From an uncultured Solirubrobacterales bacterium (GTDB lineage: Bacteria > Actinomycetota > Thermoleophilia > Solirubrobacterales > 70-9), in contig CAWEBQ010000003.1 of NCBI GenBank assembly GCA_963807385.1, positions 718,426-782,425 of the forward strand: a stretch of DNA of 64,000 bases, read 5' to 3'. Numbering within the stretch: position 1 is the stretch's first letter; each line of letters starts with the position of its first letter. Positions 47,806 to 56,568 of the stretch are shown here, one piece after another. The notes under the pieces were generated by a model that saw nothing but the letters and a program-made list of their open reading frames with translations, was not told where the DNA came from and searched no databases. Both the position numbers and the translations under genes were made by a program.

Positions 47806-48900
47806 ATGAAGCTGGCCATGGCCATGAAGGTCCGCGACGAGGCGGACATCATCGAGTTGAACCTGCGCTACCACGCTGCGCAGGGCGTTGATGAGTTCAT
47901 CGTCACCGACAACGGCTCGACCGACGGCACCCTCGAGATACTCGAGCGGTGGCGCGACGAGGGGCGCCTGCGGCTGATCAGCGAGCCCAGCGCCGACGCC
48001 TTCCGCGACCAGGGGCACTGGTGGGTCACCCGCATGGGCCGGATGGGGGCCGAGGTGGGCGCCGACTGGGTCCTCCACGCCGACGCCGACGAGTTCTGGT
48101 GGCCAGCAGGGGGCGATCTGCGGCAGGGCTTCGAGTCGGTCCCCGAGGCCTACGGCGCCGTGATCGGCCCACGCAGCGAGTTCGTGGCACGGCCTGACGG
48201 GCCGGGCCCCTGGTGGGAACGCCTCACGGTTCGCGAGACCCGGACGGCGCTGCGCCCGAAGATCGCCCACCGGCCAGAGCCCGACCTGCGACTGCGCCGC
48301 GGGGCCCACGACGTGGACTTCGACGCCGACGAGCTGGCCCGAGCCGGCCGGCCTGTGCTCCGCGGCATTCGGGAGCGGATGCGCCACGACGACGGGCGCC
48401 TCGTCTACGCACCGGTCTTTCCCGCCCGCGTGCTCCACGTGCCGCTGCGGAGCTTCGAGCAGTACAAGCGGCGGGTAGAGGTGATGCTCTCCGGCGGCTT
48501 CCACGACAACACGCGCGAGAAGCTCCAGCAGGCCCATGACAGCGGGCGCCTGGAGGAGATGTACGCCGACCTCGCGGTGGACGACGCGACCGCGCAGGCG
48601 GGCGTGGCCGACGGCACCCTCGTGGTCGACGAGCGTCTGAAGCGAGTCCTTCCCAGCTACGCCGACGCCGACGGCGTGCCGGTGGCCGCGCTCGACCCCG
48701 CAGACGTCGAAGCGGAGCGCACGGATGTTGCCTTCGAGGGAATGCGCTCGCTGACCCGCTCCCAGCAGGTTCTGATGCGTCAGCGCGAGACGCTGAGGAG
48801 GCGCCTGGACCGCAAGGACGCGAAGCTCGCCGCCAGGGAGACCGATCGCGGCGACAGCCGGCTTCGGAACGTCGCGCGGATGCTGAACCGGCCTAGATGA
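47806..48900 (+). CDS. GT2-like (Glyco_tranf_2_4-like) glycosyltransferase
   Basis: The ATG at 47806 gives MKLAMAMKVRDEADIIELNLRYHAAQGVDEFIVTDNGSTDGTLEIL...HADADEFWWP. It is paralogous to the N-terminal half of 25309..27111. Confidence 0.8.
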   Translation: MKLAMAMKVRDEADIIELNLRYHAAQGVDEFIVTDNGSTDGTLEILERWRDEGRLRLISEPSADAFRDQGHWWVTRMGRMGAEVGADWVLHADADEFWWPAGGDLRQGFESVPEAYGAVIGPRSEFVARPDGPGPWWERLTVRETRTALRPKIAHRPEPDLRLRRGAHDVDFDADELARAGRPVLRGIRERMRHDDGRLVYAPVFPARVLHVPLRSFEQYKRRVEVMLSGGFHDNTREKLQQAHDSGRLEEMYADLAVDDATAQAGVADGTLVVDERLKRVLPSYADADGVPVAALDPADVEAERTDVAFEGMRSLTRSQQVLMRQRETLRRRLDRKDAKLAARETDRGDSRLRNVARMLNRPR

Positions 48901-49832
48901 TCATCGCGCGTCGCTTCAGGCCCCGGCGCCGGGCGCCGGGACTCCCCGCGCCCTTCGTCGTCGGCGTCGGCCGCTCCGGCACAACGCTCCTGCGGCTGAT
49001 GCTCGACGCCCACCCCGACCTGGCGATGCCGCCGGAGACCGGATTCGCGCCGAGCGTGATCCGCGCAGGCCGCAACGGCCCGACACCCGCGAGCATGATG
49101 GAGCTGCTGCGCGAGCAGCGGAGCTGGGGCGACCATCACGTCGATGATGCCCAGCTCGAGCGCCGCCTCCGCGCCGCCAGAAGGCTCGACGGGACATCGG
49201 CCCTGCGCGCCTTCTACGGCCTCTACGCCGAGCGCCAGGGCAAACCGCGCTGGGGCGACAAGACCCCCGGGTACGTGAAGAAGATGCCGATGATCGAGCG
49301 CGCGCTCCCGGAGGCGCGTTTCATCCACGTGATCCGCGACGGACGAGACGTCTCGCTCTCCCGCGGGAGGCGCCGCCTCGCCGAGGGCGACGCGCCGGGG
49401 CCCGGGCGGGTCGCCGAGATGTGGCGCAACCGGATCCTGCGCGCCCGCGAGGACGGTGAGCGCCTCCGTCACTACCTGGAGATCCGCTACGAGGACCTGG
49501 TGACGGACACCGAACCCACCCTTCGTCGGGTCGCGGACCTGATCGAGCTCCCCTGGGACGGCGCGATGCTGACCTACTACGAGCGCGCGCCCGAGCGCCT
49601 GGCCGAGATGGCGCGGGACCTGCCCGCGACAGGCAAGAAGCTCTCGCGCTCGGGAGACGAGCGAATGGCTGCCCACGCCCTCGCGGCCGAGCCGCCAAAG
49701 GCCGACAGAATCGCGACGTGGCGCGAGCGCATGGGCGAGGAGGACCTCACGGCCTTCGAGGACGTGGCCGGGGACCTGCTCGCCGAACTCGGATACGAGG
49801 TCGGGAGCGGTCAGACTTCGGGCGTCGCATGA
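48897..49832 (+). CDS. TPST-like sulfotransferase
   Basis: ATGA overlap. Contains PFVVGVGRSGTTLLRLMLDAHPDLAMPPETGF, KPRWGDKTPGY, VIRDGRDVSLS and LEIRYEDLV. Confidence 0.9.
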   Translation: MIIARRFRPRRRAPGLPAPFVVGVGRSGTTLLRLMLDAHPDLAMPPETGFAPSVIRAGRNGPTPASMMELLREQRSWGDHHVDDAQLERRLRAARRLDGTSALRAFYGLYAERQGKPRWGDKTPGYVKKMPMIERALPEARFIHVIRDGRDVSLSRGRRRLAEGDAPGPGRVAEMWRNRILRAREDGERLRHYLEIRYEDLVTDTEPTLRRVADLIELPWDGAMLTYYERAPERLAEMARDLPATGKKLSRSGDERMAAHALAAEPPKADRIATWRERMGEEDLTAFEDVAGDLLAELGYEVGSGQTSGVA

Positions 49833-51709
49833 GCGCTGGCGCCGCGCAGAGCCCCGCCCCCTTTGTGGTCGGCATGAACCGCTCGGGCACGACCCTGCTG
49901 CGGATGATGCTCGATGCCCATCCCGAGCTCGTGATTCCGCCCGAGACGCACTTCATCCCAGACCTGATCAAGGCGACCAGGAAACGGGGCGCGAAGCCCG
50001 CTGACGCGCTGGCGGCGATGAGGTCCCACCGCGAATGGGAGGACTTCGCCTTCACCGACGCCGAGGCGCTGGCCTGGCTGGAGGGGCTGCCCCGCCTGGA
50101 GCCCGGCCCCGCCGTGCGCGCCTTCTACAAGGCCTACGCAGCCCGCGCGGGCAAGCCGCGATGGGGAGATAAGACGCCCCGCTACGTGCTGAAGATGCCG
50201 CGGCTCCAGGCGGCCCTGCCGGAGGCGCGGTTCGTCCACGTGATCCGCGACGGACGGGACGTCGCGCTCTCGGTACTCGACCGGACCGTGAAAGACCTCG
50301 ACGCGCCCGAGGTCGCCCGGCGCTGGAGCCGCAAGATCGAGCGGGCGCGCGCCGACGCACCTGCCCTAGCGCACTACCTCGAGGTGCGCTACGAGGAGCT
50401 CGTGTCCAACCCGAGGCCGGTGCTCGAGCGGATCTGCGAGTTCCTCGACCTGCCCTTCGATGAGGCCATGCTCGACTACCACGAGCGCTCCGGCGAGCGC
50501 CTGGAGGAGATGCGCCGCGGGCTGCCGGGGGCCGGCAACTCCGCGGAGCTCTCGGTCGAGCGACGGATGGAGACCCACCGCCGCACCACCGCGCCGCCCG
50601 ACGCCTCGAGGGCGACGCGCTGGCGCGAGGAGATGAGCGCGGAGGATCGGTCCGGCTTCGAACGCGTCGCCGGCGGAACGCTTGGCCGCCTCGGCTACAG
50701 ACCCTCCAACACCCCAAGCGTCGCGTTTTTGATCTGCGTGGAGGAGGGCCAGCTCGAGCAACAGGGGATCCTGTTCGCGCGCTCGCTGCGGCGCTTCGGC
50801 GGGCGCTTCGCGGGCTGCGCCGTCCACGCCTACGCGCCCCGCAAGGGACGCAACCCCTCGGCAGGGACCACCGCGGCGCTGGAGTCGGAGGGCGTCACGG
50901 TCCACACCGAGGTCCTGAACGCCGACCACGACTTCTACCCCTTTGCGAACAAGATCTACGCGGCCGCCGCGGCGGAGCGCGACCTCGACGAGGACGTGGT
51001 CGTCTTCACCGACTCCGACACGGTGATCATGAGCTCCCCGGACGCGCTCGAGCTGGCCGAGGACACGGACGTGGCGGCGGCGCCGGCGTTCCACGTCAAC
51101 AAGGCGAGCACGGGGCCCGGCCACCGGATGGAGGGCTACTGGGACCGGGTCTGGGAGCTGGCCGGCGTGCCCGGCGAGCCGCCCTGGGTCGAGACGTCGG
51201 AGCGCAAGAGGCCGGTCCGCTGCTACTTCAACGCGGGGATCCTGGCGGCGAGGCGGTCCTCCGGCTACTGCTCGGAGTGGCTGGAGCTGTGGAGGATGCT
51301 GCTGGCGGAGCAGCACTTCCCCGATGGCAAGATGATGGTCACCGACCAGGTGGCGATCTCGGCCGCGGTCGCCCGCCGGCCAGACCGGTTCGTTGCTTTC
51401 GAGCGCACCTACAACTACAACGTCCACCGCCGCCCCTACTACTCGGGCGGCATGGACACGGCCGACCTGCCGGACCTGGTCCACCTGCATTACCACCAGT
51501 GGTTCAACCGCCGGAACGTCCTTCGCGACCTGCGCCCGCCGCTCAGCCCGGACACCGAGCAGTACCTGTGGCTCGACTCGGAGCTGCCCCTCGAGCCCGC
51601 GATCCGCGCCCCGCTCCCCAGGCCCGGCCGCAAGCGCTCGCGCTGGCGCAACCGGGGCCTGGGCAAGCTGCGCTCGCCGTTGAGGGAGATCGGGAGGTCG
51701 GACAAGTGA
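49829..51709 (+). CDS. Bifunctional fusion: N-terminal TPST-like sulfotransferase plus C-terminal GT-A-like DxD domain
   Basis: ATGA overlap. The first roughly 295 aa contain PFVVGMNRSGTTLLRMMLDAHPELVIPPETHFIP...KPRWGDKTPRY...VIRDGRDVALS. From about nt 50711 it reads VAFLICVEEGQLEQQGILFARSLRRFGG...VVFTDSDTVI...YFNAGILAAR, which is paralogous to 42489..43421. Confidence 0.85.
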   Translation: MSAGAAQSPAPFVVGMNRSGTTLLRMMLDAHPELVIPPETHFIPDLIKATRKRGAKPADALAAMRSHREWEDFAFTDAEALAWLEGLPRLEPGPAVRAFYKAYAARAGKPRWGDKTPRYVLKMPRLQAALPEARFVHVIRDGRDVALSVLDRTVKDLDAPEVARRWSRKIERARADAPALAHYLEVRYEELVSNPRPVLERICEFLDLPFDEAMLDYHERSGERLEEMRRGLPGAGNSAELSVERRMETHRRTTAPPDASRATRWREEMSAEDRSGFERVAGGTLGRLGYRPSNTPSVAFLICVEEGQLEQQGILFARSLRRFGGRFAGCAVHAYAPRKGRNPSAGTTAALESEGVTVHTEVLNADHDFYPFANKIYAAAAAERDLDEDVVVFTDSDTVIMSSPDALELAEDTDVAAAPAFHVNKASTGPGHRMEGYWDRVWELAGVPGEPPWVETSERKRPVRCYFNAGILAARRSSGYCSEWLELWRMLLAEQHFPDGKMMVTDQVAISAAVARRPDRFVAFERTYNYNVHRRPYYSGGMDTADLPDLVHLHYHQWFNRRNVLRDLRPPLSPDTEQYLWLDSELPLEPAIRAPLPRPGRKRSRWRNRGLGKLRSPLREIGRSDK

Positions 51710-52605
51710 GCGCCGAATCCGTAGCGCCGGTGCCGTTCATCGTCGGGGTGCCGCGCTCCGGGACGACGATGCTGCGGCTGATGCTCGACGCGCACCCCGA
51801 CCTGGCGATCCCGCCCGAGACCTATTTCGTCACCAACCTGATCGAGGCCGGGTACGGCGGCGCCGGGCCCGAGCAGCTCGCCAACGTGCTCGTCAGCCAC
51901 CGGCGCTGGGGCGATCTGGGAATCGAGGAAGCCGAGCTTCGCCGCCGCCTGAACGAGATCGGGCGGCCTAGCGGCGGGGACGCGGCGAGGGTGGCGTTCG
52001 AGCTCTACGCCCACGGCCGCGGCAAGCCGCGCTGGGGCGACAAGACGCCGGCGTACCTCACCAACATCGCGGAGATCCACGAGGCGCTGCCCGAGGCCCG
52101 CTTCATCCACCTGATCCGCGACGGGCGCGACGTCGCGCTCTCCATCCTGCGGATGCCGGAGGCCGACCGGCCGATGCGCCGGCCCGACTCCGTCGGGCTC
52201 GTCGCGAGGCGCTGGAGCCGGCGGATCAAGCGCGCCCGCGCCCAGGCCGATGGCCTCCCCCACTACCTCGAGCTCCGCTACGAGGACCTGGTGCGCGATC
52301 CCGGGCCCGCCTTGCGCCAAGCGTGCGACCTGATCGAGCTGCCGTTCACCGAGTCGATGCTGGACTTTCACGCCGGGGCCTCGGAGCGCCTGGCCGAGAT
52401 CGACCGCGACCTCGCGGCGCGCGACGATCTACCGGCCCAGTCCGCTGAGGGCCGGACCGCGCCGCACGCCCTGGCGTCGCAGCCGCCAAGCGAAGGACGG
52501 ATCGGCGTCTGGCGCGAGGAGATGACCGCCGAGCAGCTGGCCGAGTTCGAGGACAAGGGCGGCGAGATGCTGCGGTCGCTCGGCTACGACGGGGGCGGGG
52601 GATGA
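51706..52605 (+). CDS. TPST-like sulfotransferase
   Basis: GTGA overlap. Contains PFIVGVPRSGTTMLRLMLDAHPDLAIPPETYF, KPRWGDKTPAY and LIRDGRDVALS. Confidence 0.9.
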   Translation: MSAESVAPVPFIVGVPRSGTTMLRLMLDAHPDLAIPPETYFVTNLIEAGYGGAGPEQLANVLVSHRRWGDLGIEEAELRRRLNEIGRPSGGDAARVAFELYAHGRGKPRWGDKTPAYLTNIAEIHEALPEARFIHLIRDGRDVALSILRMPEADRPMRRPDSVGLVARRWSRRIKRARAQADGLPHYLELRYEDLVRDPGPALRQACDLIELPFTESMLDFHAGASERLAEIDRDLAARDDLPAQSAEGRTAPHALASQPPSEGRIGVWREEMTAEQLAEFEDKGGEMLRSLGYDGGGG

Positions 52606-53549
52606 GCCCGTTGCTGCGACGCCGCTCCACGCCCGGTGGCCCTCCCGCCCCGTTCGTGGTCGCGAGCCCACGGTCGGGCACCACGCTCCTGCGGATGATG
52701 CTCGACGCCCATCCCGAGATGGCGGTTCCCTTCGAGACCCATTTCGTACCCGAGTTGATCGGCGCCGTTGAGGCGGGCGGCGGTGCGGCCTCGGCGCTTC
52801 AGGTCGTTACCGGGCACCGTCGATGGGGCGATTTCGGGCTCGACGACGAGGCCTTGGCGGAACGGCTGCGCTCGCACGGCGAGCTCACCCCCGGCGACGC
52901 CGTGCGCAGCTTCTACACCCTCTACGCGGAATCGCAGGGGAAGCCCCGCTGGGGCGACAAGACCCCGGAGTACGTGGAGTTCATGCGGCCGATCGCGGGA
53001 GCGCTCGGGGAGGCGCGCTTCGTCCACGTCATCCGCGACGGGCGCGACGTGGCGATGTCGCGGATCCGCTGGCGCCAGAAGCGCAGCGGCAAGACACCGC
53101 CCGTGCGTCGGATGGCCCGGCGCTGGAAGGAGGCGATCACCGTCGCCCGCGAGCAGGCGAGGAAGGTGGGTCACTACGTCGAGGTTCGCTACGAGGACCT
53201 CGTGGCCGAGCCGGAGGCAACGCTGGGGAGGATCTGCGACTTCGCGGAACTGGACTACGACTCGGCGATGCTGAGCTACCACGAGCGAGCCTCCGAACGG
53301 ATGGCGGAGATCGACCGGACGCTCCCGGGCACAAGCGACCGGGTTGAGCTGGACGCTTCGCAGCGCCTCGCCAAGCACGAGATGGCGACCAAGCCGCCGG
53401 AGCGCGACCGGATCCTGGCCTGGCGCAACGACATGAGCGAGGCCGACCGGCGGGAGTTCGAGGCCATCGCCGGGAAGCTCCTGCGGGACCTCGACTACCC
53501 CGTGGGCGACGGTGCGGTGGCCGCGGCCGCGGTGGTAGCGGAGGGCTGA
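52602..53549 (+). CDS. TPST-like sulfotransferase
   Basis: ATGA overlap. Contains PFVVASPRSGTTLLRMMLDAHPEMAVPFETHF, KPRWGDKTPEY and VIRDGRDVAMS. Confidence 0.9.
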   Translation: MSPLLRRRSTPGGPPAPFVVASPRSGTTLLRMMLDAHPEMAVPFETHFVPELIGAVEAGGGAASALQVVTGHRRWGDFGLDDEALAERLRSHGELTPGDAVRSFYTLYAESQGKPRWGDKTPEYVEFMRPIAGALGEARFVHVIRDGRDVAMSRIRWRQKRSGKTPPVRRMARRWKEAITVAREQARKVGHYVEVRYEDLVAEPEATLGRICDFAELDYDSAMLSYHERASERMAEIDRTLPGTSDRVELDASQRLAKHEMATKPPERDRILAWRNDMSEADRREFEAIAGKLLRDLDYPVGDGAVAAAAVVAEG

Positions 53550-54472
53550 TGGCCGCGCACCCCGCCCCCGCGCCGTTCATCGTCGCCAACCCCGGGTCGG
53601 GCACGACCCTGCTGCGGATGATGCTTGACGCTCATCCGGACCTGGCGATCCCGCCGGAGACCCACTTCGTCCCCGAGGTGATCGATCGGGCCCGCGAGAT
53701 CCGCAGGGCCAGCGACCGCAAGCCCACCGGCGAGGAGCTAGCCGACGCGATCGCCGCGGGACGCCGCTGGGAGGACTTCCACCTCGACCGCGGCGAGCTG
53801 GCGAAGCGCATGTCGGGACGCAGGGGCGAGGCCGGGGCGCGGGCGGCGATACGCGCCTTCTACGAGATGTACGCGGAGGCTCAGGGCAAGGCGCGCTGGG
53901 GCGACAAGACGCCCGACTACCTGCTGTCAATCCGGCGGATCGGCAAGACGCTGCCCGAGGCCCGATTCGTCCACCTGATCCGCGACGGTCGCGACGTCGC
54001 CACCTCCCGGCGGCGCTGGCGTGAGCGGGCCGGCGGACGGGAGCGCTCGGTCACGGCCTGGGCCGGACAGTGGCAGCGATGGATCGAAACCGCTCGCAAG
54101 CAGTCGGGCGACGTCGCGCACTACCTGGAGGTCCGCTACGAGGACCTCGTCACGGACACGGAGCCGGCGCTGCGCCGGGTCTGCGAGTTCGCGGAGCTCG
54201 ACTTCCGCCCAGAGATGCTCGATTACCACGAGCGCGCCGCCGGACGGCTTCGCGAGCTTGACCGCTCGCTGCCCGCCGCCGAGGGCAAGGGCGCGCGCGA
54301 GGCCTCTCACCGTCAGGCCAAGCACTCGCTGACGGCCGCGCCGCCGCAGGAGGCGAAGGTGCAGGCGTGGCGCCACGACATGAGCGAGGCCGACCGGGTT
54401 GCGTTCGAGGCGGAGGCCGGAGAGCTGCTCGCCGAGCTCGGCTACCCGGTGGGGGAGGCGGTCTCCTCGTGA
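53549..54472 (+). CDS. TPST-like sulfotransferase
   Basis: TGATG overlap. Contains PFIVANPGSGTTLLRMMLDAHPDLAIPPETHF, KARWGDKTPDY and LIRDGRDVATS. The 5'-PSB motif has G in place of R (PGSGTT). Confidence 0.88.
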   Translation: MAAHPAPAPFIVANPGSGTTLLRMMLDAHPDLAIPPETHFVPEVIDRAREIRRASDRKPTGEELADAIAAGRRWEDFHLDRGELAKRMSGRRGEAGARAAIRAFYEMYAEAQGKARWGDKTPDYLLSIRRIGKTLPEARFVHLIRDGRDVATSRRRWRERAGGRERSVTAWAGQWQRWIETARKQSGDVAHYLEVRYEDLVTDTEPALRRVCEFAELDFRPEMLDYHERAAGRLRELDRSLPAAEGKGAREASHRQAKHSLTAAPPQEAKVQAWRHDMSEADRVAFEAEAGELLAELGYPVGEAVSS

Positions 54473-55566
54473 GGGTCGGCGTGGTGACGAAGTGGTTCAA
54501 CCGGGGGCAGCCGGTCGTCGGACGCTACCTCCGCTCGGCGCTCGATGAGCTGGGCCACGAGACTTTCGTCCTGGCGAGACCGAGGCGCGAGGACGGCCCG
54601 ATGCCGGGCGCCCTCTCCAATGACGACGTTTGGGATCAGCCCGGCGTCACCGAGGGCTCCGCCTACGACATCCCGATGCGGGAGTACGAGGCATGGGCCG
54701 CGGAAAACGGGATCGAGGTCGTCTTCTGCGACCAGAACTACCAGTTCGACGAGGTCCGGAGGCTGCGCGAGGGGGGGCTGCGGACCGTGGGCCGATTCGT
54801 CTGGGAGCACTTCTCCGAGCAGCATGTCGATGGCGCGGGGTCCGCCTACGACGTGGTGTACTCGTTCACCCGGTCCGAGCAGGCCCGCTACGCCGAGCTG
54901 GGGATCGAGAGCCCCTACGTCACGTGGGGCTGCCACCCGGAGCTGGTGGCGGTCGGCGATGCGAGGCGACCCGCCGGCGACGGCCTGGTCCGAGCGGTCT
55001 TCCCCGGTGGGTTCCTCGGCAACCGCAAGCCGGTCGAAACGGTGCTGGAGGCCTTCGCGCGAACCGTGGATGAACGACTGCGGCTGCTGGTGAAGACCCA
55101 GGTTGAGCGCGAGCAGCTGAAGCCGGTCCTCGCCGCGGCAGAGGCCGACCCCAGGATCGAGGTGCTGGTGGAAAACGAGGCGACAGCCGATCACCTGCAG
55201 CGCTTCGCCGCGAACGACTTCTGCGTCGCGCCCGCCCGCTGGGAGGGCCTGGGGCTGCCGCTTTATGAGTCGATGGCGTTCGGGATGCCGGTGATCACGA
55301 ACGACTACCCGCCGCTGAACGAGGCGGTCACCGACGACGTGAACGGCCTGCTGGTCTCCGGCTCCCCCACCGGCAAGACCACGCGCTCGGGCATCCCGTG
55401 GCAGACGCCGGATGTGCGCGAGCTGGCCGCAGCTATCGAGCGCCTTGCCGACGATGAGCTTCGCGAACGGCTGAGCGCCGGGCAGATCGCGCTCCGCGAC
55501 GGCGCCCGGGCCTGGAGCCACACCGTGTCGGGGATCGGCGCGCTGGCCGAGGGGCGAGAGCCGTGA
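54469..55566 (+). CDS. GT4-family (GT-B) glycosyltransferase, paralog B
   Basis: The GTG at 54469 (GTGA overlap) gives VRVGVVTKWFNRGQPVVGRYLRSALDELGHETFVLARP...PARWEGLGLPLYESMAFGMPVITNDYPPLNEAVTDDVNGLLV. It is collinear with 32570..33655. Confidence 0.88.
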   Translation: MRVGVVTKWFNRGQPVVGRYLRSALDELGHETFVLARPRREDGPMPGALSNDDVWDQPGVTEGSAYDIPMREYEAWAAENGIEVVFCDQNYQFDEVRRLREGGLRTVGRFVWEHFSEQHVDGAGSAYDVVYSFTRSEQARYAELGIESPYVTWGCHPELVAVGDARRPAGDGLVRAVFPGGFLGNRKPVETVLEAFARTVDERLRLLVKTQVEREQLKPVLAAAEADPRIEVLVENEATADHLQRFAANDFCVAPARWEGLGLPLYESMAFGMPVITNDYPPLNEAVTDDVNGLLVSGSPTGKTTRSGIPWQTPDVRELAAAIERLADDELRERLSAGQIALRDGARAWSHTVSGIGALAEGREP

Positions 55567-56537
55567 GCGAGCGGCTAGGCCCGCTCGCCATCGCGGGACG
55601 CAAGCTCAGCCTGATGAAGCGCCGCAGGCGCCTGCGGCGCGCCGCGGCTCGGCTCCACGGCGGCACGCCCGATCCGCCGGCCCCGTTCATCGGCGGGGCG
55701 ACGCGATCGGGAACCACGCTGCTTCGGCTGATGCTGGACGCCCATCCGGATCTGGCAATCCCATCCGAGACGCATTTCGTGCCGGCCATGATCTCGCGCT
55801 GCGTCGAGGGGCCGGTTGAGGCGGGCGAGCTGGCGGCGATCGCAACAAGCCATCCGCGCTGGGGCGACTTCGGTCTCGAGGCCGCCGAGTACGTGGCGCG
55901 GGTGCAGGCCCTGGAGCCACTGACCGCCGCCGAGGCCGTGCGCGAGTTCTACCGCCTCTACGCCGACGGCCAAGGGAAGGTCCGGTGGGGCGACAAGACC
56001 CCTGGCTACATCCGCAAGACCCGGCCGATCCAACGGGTGCTGCCGGAGGCCCGGTTCATCCACATGATCCGCGACGGGCGTGACGTCGCCCTGTCGGTGA
56101 TGCCACTCAACTTCGGCCCCTCGACCGTCACCGGAGCCGCCGAGCTTTGGGTCAAGCGGGTGAGCCTGGGCCGAAAGCAGGCCAAGGCCGCCGACCACTA
56201 CGCCGAGGTCTTCTACGAGGAGCTGATCGAGCAGACGGAGCCGGCGCTGCGGCAGGTGTGCGATTACCTCGACCTGCCCTTCCACCGCGCCATGCTGGAC
56301 TACCACCAGCGGGCGGGAGAACGCCTGGCCGAGAAGGCACGCGACCTCAAAAAGGAGGACGGGCGCACCCAGCCCGCCGAGGCGCGGATCACGAGTCACG
56401 CCCTCGCCTCGGAGGCGCCGCGGGCCGACCGCATCGGCCGCTGGCGCCGCGAGATGACCGAGGCGGACGTGGCGGAGTACGAGCGGGTCGCCGGGGAGCT
56501 CCTCGCCGAGCTCGGCTACGAGCTGGGCTCGGGCTGA
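55563..56537 (+). CDS. TPST-like sulfotransferase (last gene of the operon)
   Basis: GTGA overlap. Contains PFIGGATRSGTTLLRLMLDAHPDLAIPSETHF, KVRWGDKTPGY and MIRDGRDVALS. Confidence 0.9.
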   Translation: MSERLGPLAIAGRKLSLMKRRRRLRRAAARLHGGTPDPPAPFIGGATRSGTTLLRLMLDAHPDLAIPSETHFVPAMISRCVEGPVEAGELAAIATSHPRWGDFGLEAAEYVARVQALEPLTAAEAVREFYRLYADGQGKVRWGDKTPGYIRKTRPIQRVLPEARFIHMIRDGRDVALSVMPLNFGPSTVTGAAELWVKRVSLGRKQAKAADHYAEVFYEELIEQTEPALRQVCDYLDLPFHRAMLDYHQRAGERLAEKARDLKKEDGRTQPAEARITSHALASEAPRADRIGRWRREMTEADVAEYERVAGELLAELGYELGSG

Positions 56538-56539
56538 GG

Positions 56540-56555
56540 GCGGCTCGACAGCCGC
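56540..56555. terminator. Short hairpin between convergent genes
   Basis: GCGGCT-cgac-AGCCGC (6-bp stem) in the 31-nt gap between 56537 and 56569. Weak. Confidence 0.25.
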
Positions 56556-56568
56556 GCCCGCCCGTGCG

